Position numbers and translations under genes: made by a program
The notes under the pieces: generated by a model
What the model was told of the DNA's origin: nothing
Seen by the model: only the letters and a program-made list of their open reading frames with translations
The model's database searches: none
Shown: positions 38,273 to 51,649 of the stretch, piece after piece
How the letters are laid out: every line of letters starts with the position of its first letter
Position numbering within the stretch: the stretch's first letter is position 1
Source: Camelus ferus
Taxonomy: Eukaryota
Assembly (NCBI RefSeq): GCF_009834535.1
Contig: NC_045696.1
Span: 80,664,001-80,728,000, forward strand
DNA: 64,000 bases
Reading direction: 5' to 3'

Positions 38273-40189
38273 CACAACTTTCCACTGAATCTGGGTTTGG
38301 GCTGCCTGATTTGAATGGAGGATTGTTCAGTGTAGCCAGTGACCGGCAGAGCTGCCAGTTCCAACACTTAAAAAATACAGTACTGCTTTTAAAGTAGAGT
38401 AGAAGGGCGTTGAAGCAAGGATGCAGGGATTCCTTGTCAAACACACTGCCCATCTGTCCTGGCTCCCCTTGGAGGGGAGGGCTGAGGCTTCCCGAAGGCA
38501 GAGAGACTGTCCCCTGACCTCCACGTACAAACCAGCAAAAATGGAGAAGGAGGCCTACTTCATCTCTGTGCTCTGAAACAGACCATCTACTGGGCAGATT
38601 CAAAGTGGTAGTTCCTTTCCCATTAGCTCACTCTCAAAGTTAGTAATTATAGATTAACTATGGCCTAGATGTATACTATAGACTTCTGGTAAATGTTCCA
38701 AGTTAAGCGCTCTGAAAGAGGTATCATCTCTGAGGTTGCAGCGTTCCATACTCTAAGAATTGGTGGAGAAATTATACACATAGTCTCTCTCCTGAGATGA
38801 AATGTAATTATATGATTAAATATTCATATTTTAATTATTGGAAAGAAATGTATTAATGAACTGTTATTGAAATGTTTTCCATACAGAGTCAAGTAGGAAA
38901 ACCTAAAGAGTTAGTCTTTTCTGTGCTTGCAAGAAAATAATTTCATTGTTTGCTGCAGCAGGAACATTTTTACACAAGAACTGAAATTATTCAGTTGCCT
39001 GAATGATTTGACCATTTCTGAATAAAGACCTTGCTAGGAAATGGGTCAGCCTCAAAATTCCACAGGAGTGTTTGGATGCAGCGAAAATGGAGAGTCCCCC
39101 AAAAGGATCACTTTTATTTTTCTGAGGATGGACAGAGGGCAGAATGGGATGGCCTCTGACTATTCTCTGGGATTCAAACAACTCATTTAAAAAACAAACA
39201 AAACAAGATAAATCTAAGCCATTTCTCTTTCCAAGTCCTCATGAAGTGCTGGGGAAGAGATTCTCATATGTGGAACCTACCTTTTCTAGCCATTGGTAAC
39301 ATCATTCCTTCATGAAATGGACTGAATTAAATTGTTAGGAATGCCTCTTCTGCCAGTCTTCAGAGTAAAACAAACAATATGGAAATAATAACTATGCTGA
39401 CTTTCTAGATGAATCCCAGTGGGGATAGAAGCAACATTATGATGAGAGAGCTTGTCATGCATGGGTCTTGTAAAGGTAAAATTACAAGACCACAAATAAC
39501 CTCATTGAAGAAGAGGTGCATTTCCCTATTGTTCTAACTATTCTGTATGGCAGGAAAATGGAGAATAATATTCAAGGCATCTGCAGAGGAAATGTACTCC
39601 AAAATTGCCTTATTTGGTGCTTTAGTCAAAAAGGACACCTGCCTCATTCACCAAATAAGCAGTTTTTTTTTCAGCCTTTTTGCAAGATCAAGCCCTGCTG
39701 CCCTGAGGGATGAATCAGAGGTATTGCATTTACCACAAAAGTAACTACTTGAAGGAAAAGGCTTACCTCTTTCTTATTTTATTACATTAGAAAGAGGAAA
39801 AATTGTAAGTAAGAGCTAATTCTTACTGCCTTATTGATCACATTTCAATGCTGCCCATATTTTTACTAAAGAAACAATGCTATATTCTCAAATTCTCAAA
39901 ATGAGTAGCCCAGAATTACTCAATCAAATCTATAGTAGGAAGTGCAGGGCTGAACAATGCACTGGCTGGTGTGTTTTGACTTCACTGTCTCCATGGTAAT
40001 ATGCATGAACAAATTTTTAAAAATATATGAACGATTTCTCTTTAGGGTAGGAACTTGCCAAATCTTATTTAGTCTAATTACTTTTTAAATTAATGATATT
40101 TCATATGGTTAAAATGTTTCCCTAGGAACACTCATGCAAAAAACTATTTTGTTTACTGACTTTTGTATAATTAAATGTCCACATTTTTA

Positions 40190-40560
40190 TTGTTTTTAAT
40201 TTTTAAAAATTTAAATTCTTTTATTATTAAAGTACAGTTGGTTTACAATGTTGTGTTGATTCCTGGTATACAGCATAGTGATTCAGTTATACATACATAT
40301 TCCTTTTCATACTCTTTTTCATTGGGATAAAAAGGATACTGAATATAGTTCCTGGTGCTATACAGTAGGATCCTGTTGTTTATTTTATATATAGTAGTTA
40401 GTATCTGCAAATCCCGAGCTCCCAATTTATCCCTCCACCCACTCATTCCCCCTGGTAACCATAAGTTTGTTTTCTATGCCTGTGAGTCTGTTTCTGTTTT
40501 GTAAATAAGCTCATTTGTGTCTTTTTTTTTTTTTTTAAGATTCCACATGTAAGTGATAGC
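40190..40560 (-). mobile_element. Younger (artiodactyl-type) L1 3' end, 5' truncated
   Basis: gtttacaatgttgtgttgattcctggtatacagcatagtgattcagttatac, ggtaaccataagtttgttttctatg, gattccacatgtaagtgata. Confidence 0.9.
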
Positions 40561-40583
40561 AAAAGAGCATCCTTACTATTTGC

Positions 40584-40687
40584 TTTCTTTCTTTCTTTCT
40601 TTTTTTTAAATGGAGGCACTGAGGATTAAACCTAGGACTTTGTGCATGCTAAACATGCACTCTACCACTGAGCTATACCTACCCCTC
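40584..40687 (-). mobile_element. tRNA-derived SINE (vic-1-like, short form)
   Basis: Reverse complement ggtatagctcagtggtagagtgcatgtttagcatgcacaaagtcctaggtttaatcctcagtgcctcc followed by A/(AAAG)n tail. Confidence 0.9.
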
Positions 40688-42094
40688 TAAATATCCATAT
40701 TTTTAGAGTAAATCAGTTGTGGAGTGAGAATTATGAACATGCATTAAAGTGGTAAGCATTTCAGCAAAGGTGTTGGTGAGATGTGAAAACAACTTAAAAA
40801 GTAAAAATTTTAGTTCAGCTGATTATTTGACATAATATGAACCCCACTTTTTATCTTAAAATATGGAGACATACTTTTATTTAAGTATTTCTCTGACTTT
40901 AAGCATTTATATTAGTCTATGCAGATTGTGTACTCAGGGAATTACCTGAAGCACAATAAGGGGCAAAGCCACTGGAATCAAGGGGCTGTTAAAAGTGACC
41001 CTCAGGAATACGAAGATCAAGGACTCTCTCAAACCATATTCAACCTGGAATATCTAGACACTGTCTTCTATCAAAGGCCAAAGTGACGTGTGCAAACTTT
41101 CCCACTGCCATAGTGTAAAGACATGAGCAGAAGGCTCCAGAATTGTTAGAGGACCAGCTGCTGTTCTGGGGGCCAAACTACCAGTCGGAGCCACGAATTG
41201 TGTGGAGTGTGCTGGAGGCACAGGGAACCTCCCTTTGCTCTGTAAGATTAATACAAGGTTAGCTAGGGTTATAGAAATGTGGTTGGTGAAGAGTCAAAAA
41301 AAAAAAAAAAAAGTGAAAAACCTGAGCATTGAGCACATGCACGTGAACAGCAGAACCCTCTCTGCAACTGGTGTTAAGTGACTGAGACTAGGATCAATAG
41401 ACAGTGCAGGCACGATGGGAAAGGGAAAAAGCTGCCCAAGAGAGAATTCCCTGAGGTTCTTGAGAATCTTTCACCATTTGTCAGTGAGGAAGGCTGGAGA
41501 CCTCACGGAAGAAACATTCTGTGTATGTTATTGTAAAGACACACACACGCACTGTTTACTAAATGCATTCCATAGTATACTGTCATCTTTTACAGTTAAC
41601 AAAACTTCCATAAAAGTTCTCAAGTTCTGAAGTTTAAGACAGTGTTGTTAAGGATACACAGCTGATCCAAGAGTCTGACAGTTTTAGTCAAGATTCTGCT
41701 ACTCAAAGCAGGCAAACAGCACTTTTTACAGCTCTGTGCCTGAACCTATGCTGTATATGAGTGTACTAGACACGGCCCTGGGCACAGCAGCCAATCCAGA
41801 GAGGACTCCAGCTCTGAGTCAGCTCACAAACCAGGAAACATTAATTCAACAGATTGGCAAGACTACAAAATGGAGTTTCTCCTGACACTGAGAATGAGGA
41901 GAAACTAATTCTTCCCTGTCGTTTACAACAACAACAGTTTGAGTAGAGTGTAGAAATATAAACAAATAGTTCAAGAAAGAAGAAGATTTAAAATTAAGCC
42001 AGTGAAGTTAGCTATTGGTTCTCACTTTTGTGTATATCACCAATGCATGTACCAGTAGTATTTTCTAGACTTCAGAAAATGCTTTTAAAATCAC

Positions 42095-43850
42095 TGTGCT
42101 AAATGTAAAAGCTCAAACTATAATGCTTCCAGAAGGAAATGTAGAATATCTTTGTGACTTTGGAATTGGCAAAGGTTTCTTTAAACATGACATGAAAAGC
42201 ATTAACCATAAAAAAGTAGTAAATTGGACTTCATCAAAATAAAAAGTCTTCTCATCAAAAGACACTGTTAAGAAACTTAAAAGGCAAGCCACAGACTGGT
42301 AGAAAGTATTAAATAAGTGTATCTGACAGAGTATGTAAATAACTGATATAATCTAATCATAAAAATACAACTCAGTTTTTTAAGTGGACAAAAGACATGA
42401 ACAAACATTCCACAAAGGAAGATATATAGATGGCCATAAAGGACATGAAAAGATGCTCAATATCATCAGTCCTTAAGAAAAGTAAATAAAAAAACACAAT
42501 AAGATACCACTTTGCACCTATTAGAACAGCTAAATTTTACAAGACTGACTATTCCAAGTGTTGGTGAGGATGTGGAGCAATGAGACTCTCATACATTGCT
42601 GGTAGGTATGTAAAACGGAGCAACCACTTTGAATACAGTCTAACAATTTCTTGTAAATCTAAGCATACACCTACCCTCTGACCTAGTAATTCCATTCCTA
42701 GGTATTTATCCAAGAGAAACAAAAATTTAAAAATTGTATTAGAATATTTATAGCAGGTTTATTGATAACAGTCAAAAATGGAAAATAGCTCAGGTGTCCA
42801 TGAACAGGAGAATGGTTAAACAACAGTGGTATATCCATTCAATGCAATATATTCAGCAAAAAAAAGTAATAACTACTTATACATGCAACATAAAAAACAC
42901 GCCAAGTCAAAGAAGGCTTACTCCAAATAGTACATACTATATGATTCTATTTACATAAAGTTTTAGAACAGGTAAAACTAATTCATGATAAGAAATTCAT
43001 AACAGTGATTGCCTATGGGGAGCAGAGATGGGGATTGACTGCAAAGAGGGAACTTTCTGGCATAAAGGAAATGTTCCGTATCTTGGCAAGAGTTTGGATT
43101 ATATTTGACTTTCATTAAAGTATCCTTAAGATTTATGCATGTGACTGTATATAAATTTTACCTAAAAAACCCTGTAAACAAATATTGAACTCTAGTTAGT
43201 GATATACATGTTGAAGTGTTTAGGATTAAAGTGTACTGATGCCTGCAACTGACTTTGAAATGCATCCAAAAATATAGCGAATTGATGGATGAATGGAAGA
43301 ATAGATACCTGATAAAGCCAATTAGCAAAATGTTGAGGAAAATAAATTAAGTTAAATATACATCTACCCTATGACCCGGCAGCTCCATTCCTAGGTATTT
43401 ACCCAAAAGAAACAAACAAAAAATATATATTCATACAGAGACTTTTTACAAGAATATTTAGAGCAATATTATTCATAACAGTTCCAAACTGGTAAAAGCC
43501 AGGTGTTCATCAACAGGAGTGGATGTGCAAATTGTGGTACATTTATGCACCAGAGCGCTACACAGCAATGAAAAGAAATGAACCACTGATACATTACAAT
43601 GAGATGGCTAAATCCTCAAAACTGTATGTTGAGCCAAAGAAGTTAGAGACAAAATTCAGGAACAGGCAATCAGAACAGTAATTGCCTATGAGCAGTGGGA
43701 GTTGGCTGAAATGGGCATGAGACAACTCTTTGGGATGATGGAATGTTTTCTATTATGATTAGGGTGATGAATATTTAGGTATATACATTGATCAAAATTC
43801 ATTGAACTGTAAACTTAATATTTGTGTACTTCTGTATGTAAATTTTACCT
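42095..43850 (+). mobile_element. Two adjacent old L1M 3' fragments (about 42095-43330 and 43340-43850)
   Basis: aattggacttcatcaaaat, aaaaggcaagccacagactgg, two copies of ccattcctaggtattta.cca. Confidence 0.85.
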
Positions 43851-45069
43851 TATGTGGGGGAGGGGAAAAGCTAGAGAAGAAAGATACCAAATTGTAAGCA
43901 GATTGTCTTTGTGTGACTGTAGATGACAAGTTAGGGGCCGTAGGAAACTCCGACTAGCAGGAGGCACAGGTAACAGATTTCATGTTAGGAACCCAACTCT
44001 GAATAGTAGGACAGGACTCTTCTTTGAGATGTCCTGAGACAGAAAGAAAGGCGCTCAGTATTTCAAGGTGTTGCAAGGTGAGAGACAGTAGTAGTATCTT
44101 AGTTTGTGGACAATATAGATCTCAGCCCAACTTCAATTGTACAGGATTATGGCCACACTGACACCTTTTCCTCTTGTTTTAGGAAATGTACAGATTAAGT
44201 TCCAGCAGGGAAACTAGATGTCAAAATTGATGGATTGAAATAGTTGCCCTTTAACTCCCCCTAGGCCCTCTCTCTGAGTCTACTTTATACAGAAGGCGAA
44301 GAAGGTGGGCTAGCTGCTTTGTTTCCTAGCCCTCAGCAGGTTAGAAGGAGCAAATTAGAAATGAGGAGGAGGCAGTGAAATAGCCAGAGGCCGTCACGCA
44401 GACAGCAAGTGACAGCTCACAGCGGGCAGAAAAGGATGAAACGAAGGCAGAAATATGAAAAGCCAACCTAAATACTCAAGCACACAACAGTAAGCAGGCG
44501 ACCCCCGCAGCTCAGTTTATTTAAATAACTCCTCACTGCACTGCAGTGCTTTACAGATCAGTCTAAAGTCTATTTTAATGTCCTAAAAGAAGAACTAGGA
44601 ATATAATACATTTTTCTAGGAAGTCAGAGAATTGCTATAGTTTCCCCAAATTTTAATGCAATATAATTAGAATAATATTTAAACATATGATTAGAGGGGT
44701 TGACTTTAGCTATATTTTTAAATTGTGTCTGTAAAATACTTATTCCCTGACAATAATGAATAATACACTTTTTACTTCTTTAGATTTCTAGTGAATGTTC
44801 ACCCACCAAAGCCATGTAACATTAGATGATAATATCTTGAAAAAGAAAAATAACATTTACCTCTGCTACCAAAGCTGATGTCTTGAACTCCTTATTTTCT
44901 AAAATTTCGTGAAATGTCATCCCTGTTATTCTAGAAGGGCTTTTTATGTTTAGACATGCCTTGGAATTCCTTTCTTCTGAATGCCAATCACTGTATCAGA
45001 TCAGAGCACTAACTTTTTTTTTTTAGCAGTTTTGTGCAAAGGCAATCTATTTTGTGCATTTTATACTGA

Positions 45070-45285
45070 GTAGTGTGAGGGATGGAGCCAGATCCTACAA
45101 AGTCACAAGAGACAATTGTGGCATCTCTTCCTAGCTCTGAGTTCAATTGACTTCATGTTGTCAGCTTGAAAATGGCCATGGTGGGAGCTGATACTGTGAG
45201 ATCCACAAACACTATAAATCAGGGTTCTTTTCTTTTCTTTTCTTCTCAGAGAGGTGGTTGTTAAACATTTACCAGCACACCAATG
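45070..45285 (+). mobile_element. MER63A-like hAT element
   Basis: cagcttgaaatggccatggtgggag and 3' end ggttgttaaacatttaccagcacaccaatg. Confidence 0.75.
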
Positions 45286-47489
45286 GTTATATCAGATTCC
45301 TAAATACATTGGATGGTCTTAGATTCAATTGCCACCACCTGTGACTCTTTCATTACTGATAAACGCAAATTATTACATCTTGTGAGCCCTCAACACAATT
45401 GGCAAGGCTAGAAAGCTTCTTTTGTTACTTACATTTTATTGGGAGCCAGATAATCCAGTTTAATTATTTGAGCAATGGTGACAACATAGGTGAGAAATAC
45501 GGTGAGTAAAAAAAAAAGTTTATAGGGTCAGTACTATTATAAAATATGATCCTACTAATAATACAAGCTTAAAGAAATTGTATTATTTATCAAACCCTTA
45601 CAGGTCTTAGAAGAAATGGACAAGTATCTGAAGCAAGTATCAGGCTGCAGTCTTTATATTTAGAATAGAAGTGAATCACAAGCATCCACAGGGATGCTTG
45701 TTTTATCAGGAAAATTGTAAGCCCTTCCATTTTCTGAATATTTGATGCTCTTGAGATAGGCAAGTTCATTTAAAACACTCACACCATCAGTGAGTAATAT
45801 TTGTGATTGTAGGGAATTCCTAAATGTCATTACTTATGTAAATCCAACCTCATGACACATGACCTATTCGAGGCTTAAGCTTTGGCATGTGCTAAACTGT
45901 AGGCACCTACATATTGTTGATCAAGTTTTACTGCTTTGTAACAACCATGAACTATTAACTAGGGCCAGAGATGTCATTGTTAGAAAAAAAATGTTCAAAT
46001 AATTTTCTTCTTTCTTCTTTAAATCTAGGAAAGGACTAGTTATATGCTTTCAGAGAGATTGACTGGCTGTTCACCCCAGTCTCAAATTTGATCCTGAAAA
46101 GCAACAAAGAATTTAGGATTAAAAATATCTGTCTATCTAATACATTCTGTTTCTTAAGGCAGTTAGTTCATCAAACTCTCTGGATAGCTCTCATCAATAG
46201 TTGTAATTTTGATGTGCCCATGGGAGGAGGTGAGCTCAGAGTCCTACTCTGCATCTTCTAAAAATTAAAAATAAAATATTCAGCCTTAAAATATTGAACA
46301 GATGATTTCATGATCAGAAAATATTTGAGGAAGTACTGGAATGTCAGGACCATCTCTATCATGTTTTCAGCTGTGCACTGTGAACATTTATAAGAGTACT
46401 CAAATGAGTCTTGTCCCTTCGTGTTATTTTTATAAACGTCTATGATCACCAAGTCTAAAAGCAATGACTGAAGATTCCTGGAGAGGATGTCAAATAAGCT
46501 AGTTTATCTTCTAGTGGTATATGCTATTAATTTTTCTCAAGTATAGCTTATACTTTCTTCCAATTTAGCTCATCTTTCAATTTCAACAGGACACAAATTT
46601 CATCCAAAGGAAAAAAGAATCAAAATGACACATAGTGTACAAAATAGCAATTCCAGTTAAAACATAGAGTGTTAATCCCATTACTTAAGTGTTCTTCATT
46701 AAGATAACTTTATGCTTCCCAGGTACTAATAAATATTGAAATTTCTACAGGAAAAAGGAAATCTGACTTTCATATAAGTATTTTAATAATTTGCCAACTT
46801 CCTTAAATTGGAATTTTATCAGAAAACAGAGAAAACAGGAAAAAACTGAAGCCAAAAAGAAGGCATATTGAAATCAAGAAAAAAATTGGGTGAATCCCAA
46901 AAACACTATTTGTGCATTTGCCAAAACATTTTAAAATCTCATGTTTTAAAAATGATTTTGTTCCTTCTTCAGTGTGATTTACTTAACTCTAGCCTAACAA
47001 ATATTGCTGAAAACACAGGCACTAAATCTTTTTTTTAAGACCTTTTAATGCTATTATACTGTAAGTTAAATTTCATACCAGAAGAACCCACATATGACAT
47101 AGTAACATACCAACTTAATCACATTTTGAAATTTTTTCTATCATAGTTATTCTATCTATAAAATTACGCTTATTTTTCTTTTCATCACCGGTACATTATG
47201 AATATAAAATATGCCAAGATTTTGTTAAGGCACATAGTCAGCCTATCTAAAGTATTAAAAAGTACAATACATTTTTTCTTCTATGTTAAATACGCCCAGC
47301 AAAAACTAGAGTGATGGAACAGAAGACAGATTCTTGATATTTCTTAAGTGAGAATGATTATGATATTTGATAGTCATTGGAAATTTTTACACAATATTCA
47401 ATAATTAATGATTGAAACCCAATTGTTTTATATAACTTTTTACTCAATATTTTACTTATGTATTTTAATCTTACAATATCCTTGAGAAT

Positions 47490-47630
47490 TCTATAAACAT
47501 AAACATATAAACCATATATAAACATATGTATAACATATATAACATAATATATATAAAAATATATATACATATATACATAATTAAAAATATATGTATACAT
47601 ATATAAAACATATAAAATAGACATATAAAC
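47490..47630. repeat. AT-rich low-complexity (TA/CATATA) tract
   Basis: Directly visible. Confidence 0.85.
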
Positions 47631-48029
47631 CAACAAGGTTTGAAAGATTAAAGTGATTTGTTTATTGTCCCAAAATTAAGGATGAAGCTAAAGCAAATAC
47701 ACTAGGTTTTCTTATTTCCTAACAAGTACCTTAGTTGATTGACTGGGTTGTGTTTCAAAGGTAGCATTTCTCAAAGGCAATGACTTTGTGGTTAGTTATA
47801 GCGCTTTCGTTGGTTTGTTTTTAAAAGTGAATGTTTTTACTTTCTATATTTTGTTTTTATTTAACCTTGGGAGATCTATTTAATTGTTTTGAATTTACTT
47901 CTTTTTTTAATAAGTTAGACTGATTAGTTTTATTAATGGTAATCTCCCAGTTGTGATATTGCACTACAGTTATGTAAGTTATTACCATTAGGAGAAACTG
48001 GGTCAAATGTATATGGGATCTCTGTATTC

Positions 48030-48036
48030 TTCCTTC

Positions 48037-48083
<47 letters not shown>

Positions 48084-48950
48084 ATATATATTTTATTGAA
48101 GCATAGTCAGTTTACTATTTTGTGTCATTTTCTGGTGTATAGCATAATGTTTCAGTCATACATATAACATACATACACTCGTTTTCATATTCTTTTTCAT
48201 TATAGGTTACCAAGACATTGAATATAGTTCCCTGTGCTTGATAATATAAGCTAGGTAAACTTGTTTATCTGTTTTATATATTGCAGTTAGTGCCTGCAAA
48301 TCCTGAACTCTCAACTTATCCCTTCCCACCCCCTTCTCCGACCCTGTTAACCATGAAGTTTGTTTTCTATGTCTTTCTATTTGTTTTATAAGTAAGTTCA
48401 TTTGTGTCTTTTTTTAGGTTCCACATATAAATGGTATCATATGGTATTTTTCTTTTTCTGGCTTACTTCATTTAGAATGATGATCTCCAGTTTCATTTCT
48501 ATTGCAGCAAATGGCATTATTTTATTCTTTTTTTATGGCTGAGTAGTATTCCAGTATATAAATATACCATAACTTCTTTGTCAAGTCATCTTTCGATGGA
48601 CATTTAGGTTGTTTCCATGTCTTGGCTATTGTAAATAGTGCTGCTATGAACTTGAGGTGCATTTGTCTTAAGAGTTCCCTCTGGATGTATGCCCAGGAGT
48701 AGGATTGTTGGATCATATGTAAGTCTATTTTTAGTTTTTTGAGGAATCCCCATACTGTTTTCCATAATACCTGCACCAAACTACATTCCCACCAACAGTG
48801 TAGGAGGGTTCCCTTTCTCTACATCCTCTTCAGCATATATCATTTATAGACTTTTTAATCATGGCCATTCTGACTGGTGTGAAGTGATACTTCATTGTAG
48901 TTTTGATGTGAATTTCTCTGATAATTAGTGATATTGAACATTTTTTCATG
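48030..48950 (-). mobile_element. Younger L1 3' end (ORF2 C-terminus and 3' UTR) with (TTTC)n tail-derived microsatellite
   Basis: ORF 48522-48779 contains FIAALFTIAKTWKQPKCPS, typical of the L1 ORF2 C-terminus; 3' UTR is similar to the copy at 40.2 kb. Confidence 0.92.
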
Positions 48951-49149
48951 AAGGCACTAAACCTTTGGAGTCAACCAGATGCAAAGAAGCACTCCACTCC
49001 CAGGACCTCTTTGCTGCTCACTGTCCACCCCAGACACAAACTCTAGCCTCTCACTCCCAACTCCCTCTCCACCCTAACCTCCCACCCCTGGCAAAACAAA
49101 ACAGATTACTTGGAGGTAAGCCATCTGGGCCAGGGCTTTTTATTACTTA

Positions 49150-50050
49150 ATTTGCAGTAAAGTGAGTCAGTCACTTCACCTCTCCAGGCCCCAGTTAACT
49201 CATTTGTAAAATAGAGGTGGAAATATTTGACCTTCCTGACTCTCACAGTTTTTCTGAGGCTCAAAGGACTTGATGTATGAGGACAAGAAACATTAATGCC
49301 CTATGCAAGTGTAGTTACTGTTTATTTCAGATTAACTATTCTGAAGTATATTAGAGAAAGCTTAGGTTTATGAAATCTCATTATTGCAGGGCCTTTTCCC
49401 TTGGCTATATTGGGAAGTTCCAAAATTTCCCGTTTCACCCATCAATTACGTTAAGGACAAGGTTGAGTGGGTTAGTGGTTAGGTTATGGGACCAGGCATA
49501 ATACTTCCTGTATTCTTATCTCACTTGGCCATTGTTTTGTTATTGCCTCAGGGAAAATCTTATTGCCTAAATTTGCTGTAAAAACAAATACAGGGATATT
49601 TAGTATGAAAAAGCATCAGGAGACTTTGAATGGATTCATATGAGAGGGCTTTCTAAATGAATTTTGGTTTTTGGAGCCAAATTTATTTCTAAAGTGATTA
49701 TTTATTGTATTTCAAAATTGACTAAAAAGGAGTTAATTTTAAATGAGTTTTTACTTTGTCTTGAGCATTATGCTTACATTCCCAATCTTCACAAGCTGTA
49801 AGGTATATAACACTATGGCTCTTTTCACAGATAAGAAAGATGAGTCTCATTTACCCAAAGACCATCAGTTACAGGAGATAGAGCTGGGATTAAAACTCAC
49901 TTTTCTCTGATGTGAAATCCCAACTCATTTTACTAGACCTAGGCTCCTCACAGTGTGGTCTGTGGAAGAGCAGCCAGGAATCACCTGGGTCTAGTTAGAA
50001 ATGCAGAATCTCAGGTTCCACCCTTCTGCCTACTAAATCAGTCTCCCACA
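49150..50050. mobile_element. MIR fragments (about 49150-49290 +, 49760-49940 -) and a MER5A-like fragment (about 49945-50050)
   Basis: agtcacttcacctctccaggccccagtt...catttgtaaaat; ttttcacagataagaaa; tcacctgggtctagttagaaatgcagaatctcagg. Confidence 0.65.
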
Positions 50051-51649
50051 TTAAATACTGAGACTCTTTCAGTAGACCACCTGGTCTCTCAAACAGACTG
50101 CTCACGTAAGTGTTTATCTTCACAGATGAACTAGTTCCTAGATAAGCCCCCAACACCCACATACCCTACACCCCTACACCAGCTCAAGCCCCAGATTAAA
50201 ATTAATCACTACTTTTCTTTACATGTGGCACCTATTTATTCCACCATTATGACCTCCCAATATTGCATCCTAATTAATTGATCCTAATTAATTGATTGTA
50301 TATATGATCTTTTTCTGTGCTACACTCCGTGAGAGTAGGATTGTCCATCTTCTTATCCTATGGGCCTGTGGCTTAACGGATGGTTGGTTAAATGAATAGA
50401 TTAGGTAGTACTTTCGTAGTGTCTCAAAATTTTCCCATTGTTATCTCTTCCCCAAATGTCTCCACCAGGCCTAATATTCCTAACTCTGAGAAGCACAACT
50501 GCTATCAGTTGGAAGAGTTGCTAGTAAGTCACACACAGGCTGGAGTGTAATCCATACCCGGAGAAATGCTACTACTGTGGGGGAAATCTCAGTGTCAGGA
50601 GGCTTCCCCTGTTTGCCATTAGTATGACTTTTGGCAAGTCCCTTCAATTCCCTGAATTTCCATTTCCCATCAAAGACAGATAAAGTTTTGGGTTCTGAAA
50701 TACAGGAATTTTTCACCTATTATGATCTGCTTTTTGCATTTCTATCACCTCCAAACCTTTAAATCCCAAGCCTGTTCTTTATTGAAATCCATTAAACCTA
50801 AAGAGGGAAAAAAGGCAGGGGAGAGGGGAGTGGGGCAGAGATGATGAGTATATTCCATAACTGATCTTAATTCAAAAAAGAAGAGAGCCTTGAGGAAGAT
50901 CACTCATGCTGGTGAACTTTCAGGAACTTTAAAAATCATGAGCATTCCCTGTTCTGACAGCTCTTAGGTACTACTATTTGAGCACGCCACCTGGGTTTGG
51001 TATTTGGATGTCCGCTGCAAAAGACACGGTGTTGACCAACTGTGTGGAAAACTGTGCAGTTCTAGAAAAGTAGCTAGAGAAAGAGACAAAGAGATGAATG
51101 TATTCTTAGCTCTCTACAGCAATTCTCCACTACATTGTCTCAATGACACAATTGGGAGGTATGCCTCCAATCTTTATTAATAAGAGCTATTACAAATCGA
51201 AAGTTTTTGAAAAAAGTTTTAGGGTAGATCCAAGTTTATCCCTACCACTGTCACTAATTTCTATTACCTTGTGCTTTTTTGAATGGGAGAAAGAGATGAA
51301 GTTACAGAGAGGTCTCAAGGAATTTTCTGTAACCAAGGCCTTTTCTTAACTCTACCACAGCCCTGAAATCTAGGTATGGCCAAATGGTTGCATGGTTCAG
51401 AGGCACGTGGACATTATTTCTTTCGTGTGTCCTAGGAGTGGAAGGGTTGAGACATGGTGCAATTGTGGATGTTGACATTATGACTTTGCAGAGAGTCTCC
51501 TTGTGCGGTTTTCTTGGCCTGTTGAAGAAAGCAATGCACTGGGAAGGCTGTCCAATGCTGAACAAAGGAAATGGTTGGTATTTATTTAAAATGCTTCCCA
51601 TTGATAAGAGATAATTTGATGGTTGTGGTTCTCCCAACTGCCATCAGAG

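Noticed and set aside
45678..45701. 10-bp perfect hairpin followed by Ts; similar short palindromes near 55835 and 57558
   Set aside because: Stems this short are expected by chance in 64 kb and are too short for a pre-miRNA
46258..46478. Minus-strand open frame after acceptor catcctctccag
   Set aside because: No convincing donor and no recognisable homology
48522..48779. ORF with protein-like sequence; also 62539-62964, 2277-2525 and 7324-7518
   Set aside because: Frameshifted L1 ORF2 or 3' region remnants, not host genes
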